Part shown: positions 50,244 through 59,641 of the stretch, piece by piece
How positions within the stretch are numbered: position 1 is the first letter of the stretch
Layout: each line of letters opens with the position of its first letter
NCBI GenBank assembly: GCA_965204535.1
Contig: OZ241996.1
Location: 1,376,001-1,440,000, forward strand
Length of the DNA stretch: 64,000 bases
Direction: 5' to 3'
From: a bacterium
Lineage (GTDB): Bacteria; UBA8248
Notes under the pieces: generated by a model
Database searches by the model: none
What the model was told of the DNA's origin: nothing
What the model saw: only the letters and a program-made list of their open reading frames with translations
Program-made: the position numbers and the translations under genes

Positions 50244-51216
50244 TTACAGTTTCCTTATCGTGTTCCTGCTCCCCGCTGACGATACGAACAAAAAGGTCTT
50301 CCAGTGTTAGTCTAATCTGACGAATTTCCGTGAGCTTTCCCTCCGCCGCGTATACAGCGGCTACCAGGTCGGAACGAATGTCATCACCGCCTTTTACGTG
50401 CACTTCGAAATGCGATTCATCCCCTGTGGATGCGCCGAGTAGTTCTACGTCAGCAACCCCAGATACTGTTTTCATTTTATCGGATATTGGACCGGCGACC
50501 CCGGTTGCCGAAAGACGTATAGTGGAATCCGCTTGCAAGTTCGCCGCCAAGGCGTCGAGAGCTCCTTCGGCTGCCACTCTGCCCTGATGAACAATTACAA
50601 CGCGGTCACACACCATGTTCACTTCAGGAAGAATATGCGTGCTCAGAATAAGGGTTCGGTTGCCTTTGAGTTCCGAAATTAAATTCCGGATCTCCACAAT
50701 CTGAGCCGGGTCAAGGCCTGACGTGGGCTCGTCAAGAATCAACACCGGCGGGTCGCTCACCATTGCCTGCGCCAAACCGACACGCTGACGATATCCTTTG
50801 GAGAGATTGCCGATGAGACGGTGGGCGACATCCTCAAGTCCGCAACTCCCGACCACCCTTTGAATGCCGGCGTCTTTTTCCGCGCCACTCATTCCTTTCA
50901 TAGAGGCCACAAAATTCAAATAAGCCCTCACCGTCATCTCTCTGTACAAAGGGTTGTTTTCCGGGAGGTATCCGAGGTTTTTCTGGGCTTCCAGCGGTGA
51001 TTCCGAGACATTGATGTCCGCCACCCAGGCGGAACCGGAGTTTGGCGGCATATACCCCGTCAAAATGCGCATAGTTGTAGATTTTCCGGCCCCATTGGGT
51101 CCAAGAAACCCAAGCACCTCACCTTCTTCGACCCGGAAGGATATATCTTCCACACCACGCAGGTTGCCGTAATACTTCGTGAGGTTTTCAACCCGTATCA
51201 ACGAAATACTCCCCAA
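50236..51216 (-). CDS. GldA-like ABC transporter ATP-binding protein
   Basis: GPNGAGKSTTM, GYLPENNPLY, LSKGYRQRVGLAQA, LDEPT.GLDP.Q, LSTHILPEV. Confidence 0.92.
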   Translation of the reverse strand: MGSISLIRVENLTKYYGNLRGVEDISFRVEEGEVLGFLGPNGAGKSTTMRILTGYMPPNSGSAWVADINVSESPLEAQKNLGYLPENNPLYREMTVRAYLNFVASMKGMSGAEKDAGIQRVVGSCGLEDVAHRLIGNLSKGYRQRVGLAQAMVSDPPVLILDEPTSGLDPAQIVEIRNLISELKGNRTLILSTHILPEVNMVCDRVVIVHQGRVAAEGALDALAANLQADSTIRLSATGVAGPISDKMKTVSGVADVELLGASTGDESHFEVHVKGGDDIRSDLVAAVYAAEGKLTEIRQIRLTLEDLFVRIVSGEQEHDKETVNA

Positions 51217-51349
51217 AGAATCTATGCAAAATTATTCGCCGGCATCCAAGCCGCTCTGTTCTTCTTAATCAATTTGAGCGATTCATTTGTGTGATTAAAA
51301 CATCCCGAAAACTTCTGAGGTGAACAGGAAAACCAATTAAATTCTTTGT

Positions 51350-51362
51350 TATCAATACATTG
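51350..51362 (+). promoter_or_regulatory. putative IHF binding site upstream of the Gld-like operon
   Basis: TATCAATACATTG matches WATCAANNNNTTR. Confidence 0.4.
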
Positions 51363-51472
51363 GCACTCGACTACCTTGAGTGCTAAGATAAAATAATCAC
51401 TTGGACTCTTTTTGTCAACCATATTCGAATATATTTCTACCTCTCGCACGAATTCCGGGGATGCCATCCCCA

Positions 51473-52477
51473 TCAATTCCCCATTTGCAAATCGCCTCGG
51501 ATAGCGGCTTTCTTCAAAATGGCGGGAACATTCAGTACCCACGGCCCATCGAGTCGAAGCGATATCTCTATCTCTTCTCCTTTATTGAGCAAGTATTCCC
51601 GCTCCCCGTCAAAAGCCAGCACACGAGTATTCGGTGCTCGATATTTCACAATTTCTCTTGGTTTGACGATTTTGTGTTCCATCACTGGGGCGGAAGCAAT
51701 CTGCCCGGGCCCGATCGGCGAAATGACGCGGTGATTGGATTTGCTCTTCGCCCCCAACTTCAACCACAGCCCCACGGCTTCGTTTGCATCTATCGGACGC
51801 AAACTCGCACCTAATGAAGAAAGCCCCAAACGCCCAGGTTCACTTCTCGTCAGCGCCAGCGAATCCACACGCCCTACATCCCAGATGGCACGCGCCCCGT
51901 AGAACGATTCCTTGATAATGGCGATGTCTATCAAGGCGCTTTCGAAATCGCCATCGAGGTTTACATGGAGCTGTTTCGACACCTTTTTCTCGCTTCTATA
52001 AACTCTTGGATAAAGGGCATATAAAGCCGCCGCCATACCGGCCACAGTCCCTTCCCAGGAAAAGGGGAAGGCATTGTTCGTTCCAGTCGACAAGGGGATC
52101 AAGGGAATTTGGTTACATCCTTTGGCGACAGCGCGGCAGGTACCATCGCCTCCGAGAACAACGATGCACCGAACGCCCAACTCATCGAGTTTGCGGGCCG
52201 CTTTGGTGGAGTCGGCCGTCTCTCCCCTGGCATCCACTTCAAAGAGTTTTACGTTCGAGTTCTTGTTCTCATGACGAAAGCCATCCACTGCGACTGCGCC
52301 CAGGGAACCGAGATCGTTGAACATCAGGATATTATCCAGGCCCATTGCAGCAAGACCAGCCATCACGCGGCGAAGCATCAATACCTTTTCGTTGTTGCTG
52401 AAAGAACTTGCCAGCGCCACCAACCTTCGGATGTCCTTACCCGATTGCGGGTTGGCTATAATTCCGACACTCGCCAC
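51473..52477 (-). CDS. AcoX-like ATP-NAD kinase family protein
   Basis: GIIANPQSGKDIRRLVA, VLGGDGT.RAVAK, STGTNNAFP, AFDGERE. Confidence 0.85.
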   Translation of the reverse strand: MASVGIIANPQSGKDIRRLVALASSFSNNEKVLMLRRVMAGLAAMGLDNILMFNDLGSLGAVAVDGFRHENKNSNVKLFEVDARGETADSTKAARKLDELGVRCIVVLGGDGTCRAVAKGCNQIPLIPLSTGTNNAFPFSWEGTVAGMAAALYALYPRVYRSEKKVSKQLHVNLDGDFESALIDIAIIKESFYGARAIWDVGRVDSLALTRSEPGRLGLSSLGASLRPIDANEAVGLWLKLGAKSKSNHRVISPIGPGQIASAPVMEHKIVKPREIVKYRAPNTRVLAFDGEREYLLNKGEEIEISLRLDGPWVLNVPAILKKAAIRGDLQMGN

Positions 52478-52605
52478 CTCTTCTCCTTTGCTTTATGCCA
52501 AGAAAGAATTTCTGGATTCCTGTAGAATCAAGATTACATCGAATCTGCACAAAGGGCGAAGCATCACCCATGTTCTATTTCCAGAGCGATGAAGTGACTC
52601 GCAAC

Positions 52606-53961
52606 ATGACATCAAAACGCCGAAAATCCCTTAAACGAGATGCGCGCGCCATCTTCCGCGCCGGACTAAATGCCGTTCATGCCGGTGAGGCTGTTTATCG
52701 TTATATGAAAATCGAAAAGGAAAAAAGCCGGGAGTTTCTCGTTTGCGGCCAACAAAAGATATCTCTCGATGAGACAGAGAGAATCCTCGTTTTAGGAGCA
52801 GGCAAAGCGAGCTCTCAGATGGCGCTTGCAGTTGAGCGGCGTCTTGGAGGTCGGATTGATGGCGGCGCCGTCGTCACCCAATACGGTTATGCGGAAAAAT
52901 GCCGGCACATTGGAATTTTCGAAGCCTCACACCCCGTTCCCGACGTCTCGGGGCTGGAAGCCTCCCGGAAAATAGTAAAATTGGCCGCTGACGCCCGGAA
53001 AGAAGATCTGGTGATACTCCTGCTCTCCGGCGGAGGCTCGGCTCTGATGCCTGCGCCCGCGCCTGGAATTTCTCTTGAGGATAAGCAATCCGCCACGAAT
53101 TCACTCCTGCGAGCAGGCGCCCCCATAGAAGCTCTCAATTGTGTGCGAAAGCACCTCTCCGAACTAAAAGGTGGGAATCTGGTCCGGAAAGTTTTCCCTG
53201 CTCGCATGAGCGTTCTTCTGGTCTCTGACGTGATCGGCGACCCCCGCGATGTGATTGCCTCAGGTCCTGCTATGGGTGATTCGACGACCTTCTTCGAGGC
53301 AAAGGCGTATTTGGAGCGCTACGGAGTATTCCAGGAAATGCCGAAAGCAATCAAAGAAAGGATTGAAGCCGGTTGCAGGGATGAGATTCCGGATACTCCT
53401 GCTCCTGGAGACAAGATATTCAGACGCGTCAGCCATCATATTGTAGCAAACAACAAGATCGCTCTTCGAGCCGCGTATGAGAAAGCAAAAGCGATGGGTT
53501 ACAACATTAAGGTACAAACCCATTCCCTCAGCGGCGAAGCCAGTGAAGCAGGTAAATTCATCGCGAAAGACGCCAAGAGGATTTTAGGAAATTCCCGAAA
53601 AAAACACTCTCCTCAATGCCTCCTGTATGGTGGCGAAACAACAGTAAGAGTGTTGGGAAATGGTGTTGGCGGCAGGTGCCAGGAACTTGCCCTGTCTTTC
53701 GCCATTGAAATTCGCGGCCACGAGAACATCTGTCTTCTCGCTGCGGGTACCGATGGTAAAGACGGCCCCACCAAAGCCGCAGGTGGGATTGTCGATGGAA
53801 GAACAGCAAAAACGGCGCAAAATCAAGGGCTTGACCCGGATGCCCATTTGCGCGATAATAATAGCCACAATTTTCTTCGCAGCCTAAGTTCTTGTGTATA
53901 CACTGGGCCGAGCGGAACCAACGTAATGGATTTGGTGATTTTGTTGGTGAATTGTCGTTAG
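52606..53961 (+). CDS. glycerate 2-kinase (TtuD/MOFRL family)
   Basis: GAGKA, EASHPVPD, LLSGGGSAL, RKHLS.LKGG, SDVIGD...IASGP, GGETTV, GTDGKDG, TGPSGTNVMD. Confidence 0.93.
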   Translation: MTSKRRKSLKRDARAIFRAGLNAVHAGEAVYRYMKIEKEKSREFLVCGQQKISLDETERILVLGAGKASSQMALAVERRLGGRIDGGAVVTQYGYAEKCRHIGIFEASHPVPDVSGLEASRKIVKLAADARKEDLVILLLSGGGSALMPAPAPGISLEDKQSATNSLLRAGAPIEALNCVRKHLSELKGGNLVRKVFPARMSVLLVSDVIGDPRDVIASGPAMGDSTTFFEAKAYLERYGVFQEMPKAIKERIEAGCRDEIPDTPAPGDKIFRRVSHHIVANNKIALRAAYEKAKAMGYNIKVQTHSLSGEASEAGKFIAKDAKRILGNSRKKHSPQCLLYGGETTVRVLGNGVGGRCQELALSFAIEIRGHENICLLAAGTDGKDGPTKAAGGIVDGRTAKTAQNQGLDPDAHLRDNNSHNFLRSLSSCVYTGPSGTNVMDLVILLVNCR

Positions 53962-54026
53962 CACTTAAATCTCAGCGGTTATCCGTAATCCCGCGGTTCG
54001 CCCAATCGTTGAGAATTCCATAGGAC

Positions 54027-54803
54027 ATGCTCATGAAGTATTTCCCTCCGGCCATTTTCGCCGTCGTGGCGATCTTTGTGGCCATCCTGCTACTTGGTTC
54101 TGCGTCCGCCCGGGCGGAAAAAATAGTTGTGACGGACTTCGCCTTGAATCCTGCCCAGAAAAATTCCAAACAATTACCAAAAGGATGGGCGCTTAAGGTA
54201 TGGCATGGAAGGGCTGATGTTCAACTCATCCGGGATGAAAGTAGGCATGCGAAAGTGCTTCGGATGAGAAGCGAAAAAGCGTCCGTTTCTATTTACCGGG
54301 AAGTGAAAATCGACCCCAGGAAATTTCCGGTGCTTACATGGAAATGGAAAGTGACGAAACTTCCAAAAGGCGCGGATGCGAGAAATGTTGAGTCCGACGA
54401 TCAAGCAGCTGGCGTTTACGTCATCTTTCCCCGGTTCCTCAGTTTCATCAACAGCCAGTTCATCGGCTACGTTTGGGAGACGAGCGTGCCTGAGGGCACG
54501 ATTTTGAGAAGCCGCAAAAATCCGATGGTCCATTACATCGTTGTCAGAAGCGGCGTTGACAATCTCGAAAAATGGATTACGGAAAAACGCAATGTAGTGG
54601 ATGATTATCGAAAGGTATTCGGTTCCGAAGCGCCAAGAGTCGGTGGCATTGCTTTGATGATTGATACGGATGATACGCTTTCCAATGCAGAGAGCTATTT
54701 CGCAAGCGTCGAATTCAAAGGCGATGCATCCAGGGTGTCTGTTGCCAAAGACTATGCTCATTTCGCTAAAGCAGCCGACTCCATCGCTTGGACATATGAA
54801 TGA
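54027..54803 (+). CDS. DUF3047-family secreted protein
   Basis: Signal peptide, L.WKWKV..LP.GAD, DD.AA.VYV.F, I.YVW, W.TEKRNV.DDY, IALMIDTDDT. Confidence 0.82.
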   Translation: MLMKYFPPAIFAVVAIFVAILLLGSASARAEKIVVTDFALNPAQKNSKQLPKGWALKVWHGRADVQLIRDESRHAKVLRMRSEKASVSIYREVKIDPRKFPVLTWKWKVTKLPKGADARNVESDDQAAGVYVIFPRFLSFINSQFIGYVWETSVPEGTILRSRKNPMVHYIVVRSGVDNLEKWITEKRNVVDDYRKVFGSEAPRVGGIALMIDTDDTLSNAESYFASVEFKGDASRVSVAKDYAHFAKAADSIAWTYE

Positions 54804-54895
54804 TTAAGAGCGGATTCGGTTTCATTCCGCTTGCAGAGCACTCTTGCTCAGCAAATAAACAAGGGAACGACTCGACTATACCGAGGTTTTGACAA

Positions 54896-55834
54896 TTGCC
54901 TGGCAGCGAAGCCTATGTTGGTTTTGATCTCGGGGGCTCTTCCCTCAAGGCATCGTCTTTCAGCCTGGATGGAGAATTACAAGAGCGTTGCTCGATTGAT
55001 ACGCAAAAGTGTCTAAGAGTGGAAGACTATCTCAACTTGTTCAATGAAGCTGCGAATTTACTCTCTTCAACAAAATGCCTTAAGGGGATCGGGGTCGCCG
55101 TCGCAGGCGTTCTGGATCTGAATGCCGGTAAAGTCGTCGACTCTCCCAACCTGCCCATTCTTTGTGGAGTTCCCCTCTTAGAGATGCTGAAAGATTTCTT
55201 CTCCCCTATTCCGATTCATATGATGAACGATGCGAATGCCGCTGCAATGGGGGAATATTTCGCCGGCGCGGGCGAAGGACATGAGAGTATGTTCATCCTC
55301 ACGCTGGGCACGGGCATCGGTGGAGGTTTTGTTCAGAATGGAGAGATTTGGGAAGGGGCATCCGGGATGGCGGGAGAAATCGGCCATATGGTCATCGAAA
55401 AAAACGGCAAGCTGTGTACCTGTGGTTCTAGAGGGTGTCTGGAAGCGTACTTTTCGAGTTGGGCTCTTGCAAGAGATGCCAAAACTCATGCGGAGCAACA
55501 CCCAGATTCCCCTATCGGGTCAATCGATGAAATATCACCAATTTCCTTGGCGGAACTCGCTGTTTCTGGAGACCATGCTGCAAGAGCAATTTGGGAAAAC
55601 GGCGGTCATGCGCTTGGAGTTGGAATCGCCAACATCATGAATTTGCTGAATCCAGCGAGCATCGTTCTCGTGGGAGGTCTGATGAGCGCCAAGGAACATT
55701 TCCTGCCGAGTGCTCAGAGGGCTTGGGAGGCGAATTCTTTCGAGCAAGCCCACAACTCTTCGGAAGTTCTCTTGGGGAAATTAGCTGAATGGGCAGGTGT
55801 TCGGGGCGCTATTCAACCTTTCTTAGAGGAATGA
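54896..55834 (+). CDS. ROK-family sugar kinase (glucokinase-like)
   Basis: GFDLGG, NDANAAAMGE, TLGTGIGGG, AGEIGH, CTCGSRGCLE. Confidence 0.92.
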   Translation: MPGSEAYVGFDLGGSSLKASSFSLDGELQERCSIDTQKCLRVEDYLNLFNEAANLLSSTKCLKGIGVAVAGVLDLNAGKVVDSPNLPILCGVPLLEMLKDFFSPIPIHMMNDANAAAMGEYFAGAGEGHESMFILTLGTGIGGGFVQNGEIWEGASGMAGEIGHMVIEKNGKLCTCGSRGCLEAYFSSWALARDAKTHAEQHPDSPIGSIDEISPISLAELAVSGDHAARAIWENGGHALGVGIANIMNLLNPASIVLVGGLMSAKEHFLPSAQRAWEANSFEQAHNSSEVLLGKLAEWAGVRGAIQPFLEE

Positions 55835-55976
55835 TTTTCTCATTAGCAAATTCGATCAAAGTCATAACTACTTGAAACAACTGTGTATAGCATTTTCCTG
55901 AAAGTGAATTTTTCAACCTGTTTGCTTCCCTAATCATCCCGCTCGGGCATGGCTCAAAGATTTTCCAATTTTACTC

Positions 55977-56043
55977 TTGACAAACATGAAATCATAGGCA
56001 ACATTGTTAAATGTATTTAACATTATTGGGTTAGCTTTAACAA
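55977..56043 (+). promoter_or_regulatory. sigma70-like promoter followed by a putative DtxR/MntR-family operator
   Basis: TTGACA-17-AACATT; palindrome TGTTAAAT-GT-ATTTAACA (56005-56022) and second site GGTTAGCTTTAAC. Confidence 0.6.
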
Positions 56044-56076
56044 AAACCCTTCAATCTCAAAAAAGGGATTCATGCC

Positions 56077-56628
56077 ATGACTCCACAGCCACACCACTCG
56101 CGCGGTTCCCTTTCGCCCAGCCTTGAACATTATCTTCGCGCCATATTCGATCTTCAGGAAAACAAGGGTTACGCGCGCGTAACGGACATCGCCTCCATGT
56201 TGGGTGTAGCGAAGCCGGCTGTTTCAGCTGCGGTGAAAACACTCCGCTCTAATGGACTCGTTTCCCATCGCGTCTACGAAAGTATTCTCTTGACGGAAGA
56301 AGGCGCCAAACGCGCCAAGGGCGTGTCGGGCAAATTCTCTATTTTGATGCATTTCCTAACAGAAGTCTTGGGAGTGGAAGAAAAGCAAGCCTTCATCGAC
56401 GCTTGCATCATGGAGCACTACGTGAGCGGCAATTCCATAGACAGGTTTCTCGATTTGCTGCGCTTTTTTGAAGAGTCTGACAATCAAGAAATTTTGGAAA
56501 AATTTCATCAATTTCGGCGCTCATGCGAAAGCGTGGATACATGCCCGACTTGTTCTTACCATTGTGATATCAGCGTCATTGATTTTGACGATTTGACGAA
56601 AAAAAGGAAATCTGAAGGACGAGACTAA
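56077..56628 (+). CDS. DtxR/MntR-family metal-dependent repressor with Cys-rich C-terminus
   Basis: EHYLRAIF, ARVTDIA..LGV.KP.VS, LTEEG, FLTEVLGV...A..DAC.MEH; tail C-x5-C-x2-C-x3-C. Confidence 0.88.
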   Translation: MTPQPHHSRGSLSPSLEHYLRAIFDLQENKGYARVTDIASMLGVAKPAVSAAVKTLRSNGLVSHRVYESILLTEEGAKRAKGVSGKFSILMHFLTEVLGVEEKQAFIDACIMEHYVSGNSIDRFLDLLRFFEESDNQEILEKFHQFRRSCESVDTCPTCSYHCDISVIDFDDLTKKRKSEGRD

Positions 56629-56733
56629 ATCCAGTCTGCGATTTATGACTTTGTTGTCACCAGGCTCGATCTGGGAGCCAACTCTTCGCAACACGGCCAT
56701 GTGGCCGACACCCCTTCACAGGAGATAGCTCTT

Positions 56734-57804
56734 ATGTTTGCGGTACCAAATGGAACAAAGCGTGCAAGGCTGTACATTAGTATTACCATGCTTGTCATGT
56801 TGGCTGCTCTGGCCCTGGGTAGGACTACGGCAAGCGCCGAAGAGGTTGTAAACCTTTACTCTTACCGGCAACCGTTTCTTATCAAGCCAATTTTGAAAGC
56901 GTTCACTGAAAAAACTGGCATCAAGACCAACGTCGTTTTTGCGAAAAAAGGCATGCTGGAGAAAATCAAGGCGACCCCAGGGGCAGCAGATGCAGTGTTG
57001 ACCGTGGATATTGGGCGCCTCCACGACATGGATGAGGCTGGGTTGTTGCAACCTGTAAAGTCAAAAGTACTAGAGGAGAATATCCCCTCGTCCTATCGTC
57101 ATCCCAAGGGCCATTGGTTTGGCCTCACCACGCGTGGGCGTGTAATTTACGCCAGCAAAAAGCGCGTAAAGCCGGGTGCAATTACCCGCTATGAGGATTT
57201 GGCCGACCCGAAATGGAAGGGCAAAATTTGCACGCGTTCGGGAAAACACGTTTACAACGTATCTCTGTTCGCTTCCATAGTGGCGCATTCAGGCGAAGCG
57301 AAAGCCAAGAAATGGTTGATAGGTCTCAAGTCCAACCTCGCGCGTAAACCCAGCGGCAACGACCGCGCGCAAGCGAAAGCCATTCACGCAGGAGAATGCG
57401 ATCTCGCTTTGGCCAATACGTATTACATGGCGAAAATGGCGACCAACAAGAAAAAGAAAGAACAAAGAGAATGGGCAAAAGCAGTTTATATCGTTTTCCC
57501 CAATCAAAAGGATAGAGGCACGCACGTCAACATCAGCGGTGCTGCCGTCACCAAACATGCAAAAAATCGGAAAAACGCGGTTCGCCTCATTGAATTTTTG
57601 AGCGGCGAATACGCGCAAAAATTGTATGCCGACCAGAATTATGAATACCCGTTGAAAAAAGGCGTGAAGATACATCCACTCGTCGATTCGTGGGGTAAAT
57701 TCAAGGCCGATACCATCAATCTGGCCGAGGTGGCGAATAAGCGGGCAACTGCCTCCAAGCTGGTGGACCAGGTAGATTACAACAACTTCAGCCCCAGTAA
57801 TTAG
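56734..57804 (+). CDS. Fe(III) ABC transporter substrate-binding protein (FutA/FbpA)
   Basis: VNLYSYRQ, LTVDIGRL, WFGLTTR.RVIY, YEDLADPKW.G.IC.RS, GNDR.Q, ANTYY (Tyr ligands), GTHVNISG. Confidence 0.92.
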   Translation: MFAVPNGTKRARLYISITMLVMLAALALGRTTASAEEVVNLYSYRQPFLIKPILKAFTEKTGIKTNVVFAKKGMLEKIKATPGAADAVLTVDIGRLHDMDEAGLLQPVKSKVLEENIPSSYRHPKGHWFGLTTRGRVIYASKKRVKPGAITRYEDLADPKWKGKICTRSGKHVYNVSLFASIVAHSGEAKAKKWLIGLKSNLARKPSGNDRAQAKAIHAGECDLALANTYYMAKMATNKKKKEQREWAKAVYIVFPNQKDRGTHVNISGAAVTKHAKNRKNAVRLIEFLSGEYAQKLYADQNYEYPLKKGVKIHPLVDSWGKFKADTINLAEVANKRATASKLVDQVDYNNFSPSN

Positions 57805-57815
57805 CCGCTAGTATC

Positions 57816-57870
57816 AAGACCCCAAAAGCCTTAATATCCTCCTTGCGGATGCAGCGGCTTTTGGGGTCTT
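57816..57870. other. intercistronic stem-loop after the binding-protein gene
   Basis: Perfect 15-bp inverted repeat aagaccccaaaagcc / ggcttttggggtctt. Confidence 0.7.
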
Positions 57871-57932
57871 CGTTTATCCAAGAAGACTCCGAGAGGTAAT
57901 TTATCTACAGAATATCTCATAGTAGGGATGGC

Positions 57933-59627
57933 ATGAGTGCAGGTGCTGGATTGAACATAGAAGCCTTCCCTAGGCGTTTGGCAAAAAGGTTTCAACTGGA
58001 TTTCTGGACGAGCGGAACTCTTCTGCTCGCATTTTTTATAGCAGTTCCTCTGCTGTCAGTAAGTTTTTTCGCCCTTCAACCTAGCGGTGACATCTGGCAC
58101 CACCTGCTCACAACCGTATTGTCGCGCTATGTAATGACCACAATCGGTCTGATGCTGGGAGTAGGCATAGGCACGCTTCTCATCGGTACCGCCACCGCCT
58201 GGCTGGTGACTCTATGCCGATTCCCGGGACGACGAATTTTTGAATGGGCACTGCTCTTACCCCTGGCGATGCCTACATATGTCGTGGCCTATGTGTATAC
58301 CGACGTTTTTGAATTTGCAGGTCCAGTACAGACGTTATTGCGCGATATCTTTGGATGGGAATCAAGTCGAGAGTACTGGTTTCCGGAGATACGTTCTCTC
58401 GGCGGCGCAATTTTCGTTTTGACGCTTACTCTTTATCCATATGTTTACCTACTTGCGCGAGTCGCATTTCTTCAGCAATCGGTTTGCATTTTAGAGGTGA
58501 GCAGAACTTTAGGTAAAACCGCGTGGCGGAGTTTTATTTCCATCGCCCTGCCCTCGGCACGTCCATCGCTGATCATCGGTGTGAGTCTGGTTCTGATGGA
58601 AGCGCTGAATGATTTAGGAACGGTTGATTTCTTTGCTGTGGAAACGCTCACGGCTGGAATTTTCGATGTGTGGCTCAACATGAACAATCTGTCAGGTGCC
58701 GCTCAACTTGCCGTTGTCGCCCTGTGTTTTGTCTTGCTTCTATTGTGGGCGGAGAGAAAATCGCGCACCAATCAGAGGTATTTTAATACTTCCACGAAAT
58801 ATCAAGCCCTTCCAAGTTACCAGTTACGAGGGGTAAAGATGTTCGGCGCGGTGATCTCGTGTTTGTTGCCAATCGGATTCGGCTTCGTATTGCCGGCATC
58901 TATTTTGGGCTATTACGCCTGGAACTATTATGAGGAAAGTATTTCACGCGATTTTCACTCCATTCTTTCAAATAGCCTGATTTTATCATCTCTTAGTGCA
59001 ACCCTATCTGTTTTGGCAGCTATTTTTATGGCTTATGGAGTTCGTCTGAAAGATAACGTGTTGCTCAAATCGGCTGCCCGGTTCGCTAGTATCGGATACG
59101 CTGTTCCCGGTGCGGTTCTCGCTGTCGGTGTGTTGATTCCCATGGGCAAGATGGATGTCGTCATCCAGGGGTTTCTCAAAAATGTTTTCGGCATCTCCAC
59201 AGGCTTGCTCTTTAGCGGCACAATCGCGGCTGTAACCTATGGATATTTGACCCGTTTCCTGGCGCTTTCTTATGGCACCATGGAAGCCAGCCTGATGAGA
59301 ATTACGCCCAACATGGATGGCGCCGCTCGGACGCTTGGTCTGGGACCTGCCAGAACTCTCAAGCACGTCCATTTACCCATGATACGTGGCGGTATCCTGG
59401 CGGCGGCGATATTGGTGTTTGTTGATACGATGAAAGAACTACCGATGACAATCATATTGCGCCCATTTAATTTTGAAACGCTGGCTACACAGGTTCACCA
59501 ACTGGCCTCGGATGAACTTTTGGAAGAAAGTGCACTTGGCTCTTTGAGTATTGTGGCGGCAGGGTTGTTGCCCGTCGTTTATTTGAGCCGAACCATCCGG
59601 GGCGCGCGTCCCGGAGCAGGAAAATGA
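57933..59627 (+). CDS. Fe(III) ABC transporter permease (FutB/FbpB)
   Basis: Two membrane domains, LPLAMP.YV.AYVY, YPYVYLLAR, GYAVPG.VLA, MKELP.T..LRPFNF.TLA. Confidence 0.92.
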   Translation: MSAGAGLNIEAFPRRLAKRFQLDFWTSGTLLLAFFIAVPLLSVSFFALQPSGDIWHHLLTTVLSRYVMTTIGLMLGVGIGTLLIGTATAWLVTLCRFPGRRIFEWALLLPLAMPTYVVAYVYTDVFEFAGPVQTLLRDIFGWESSREYWFPEIRSLGGAIFVLTLTLYPYVYLLARVAFLQQSVCILEVSRTLGKTAWRSFISIALPSARPSLIIGVSLVLMEALNDLGTVDFFAVETLTAGIFDVWLNMNNLSGAAQLAVVALCFVLLLLWAERKSRTNQRYFNTSTKYQALPSYQLRGVKMFGAVISCLLPIGFGFVLPASILGYYAWNYYEESISRDFHSILSNSLILSSLSATLSVLAAIFMAYGVRLKDNVLLKSAARFASIGYAVPGAVLAVGVLIPMGKMDVVIQGFLKNVFGISTGLLFSGTIAAVTYGYLTRFLALSYGTMEASLMRITPNMDGAARTLGLGPARTLKHVHLPMIRGGILAAAILVFVDTMKELPMTIILRPFNFETLATQVHQLASDELLEESALGSLSIVAAGLLPVVYLSRTIRGARPGAGK

Positions 59628-59641
59628 GGACCATGAACTAA

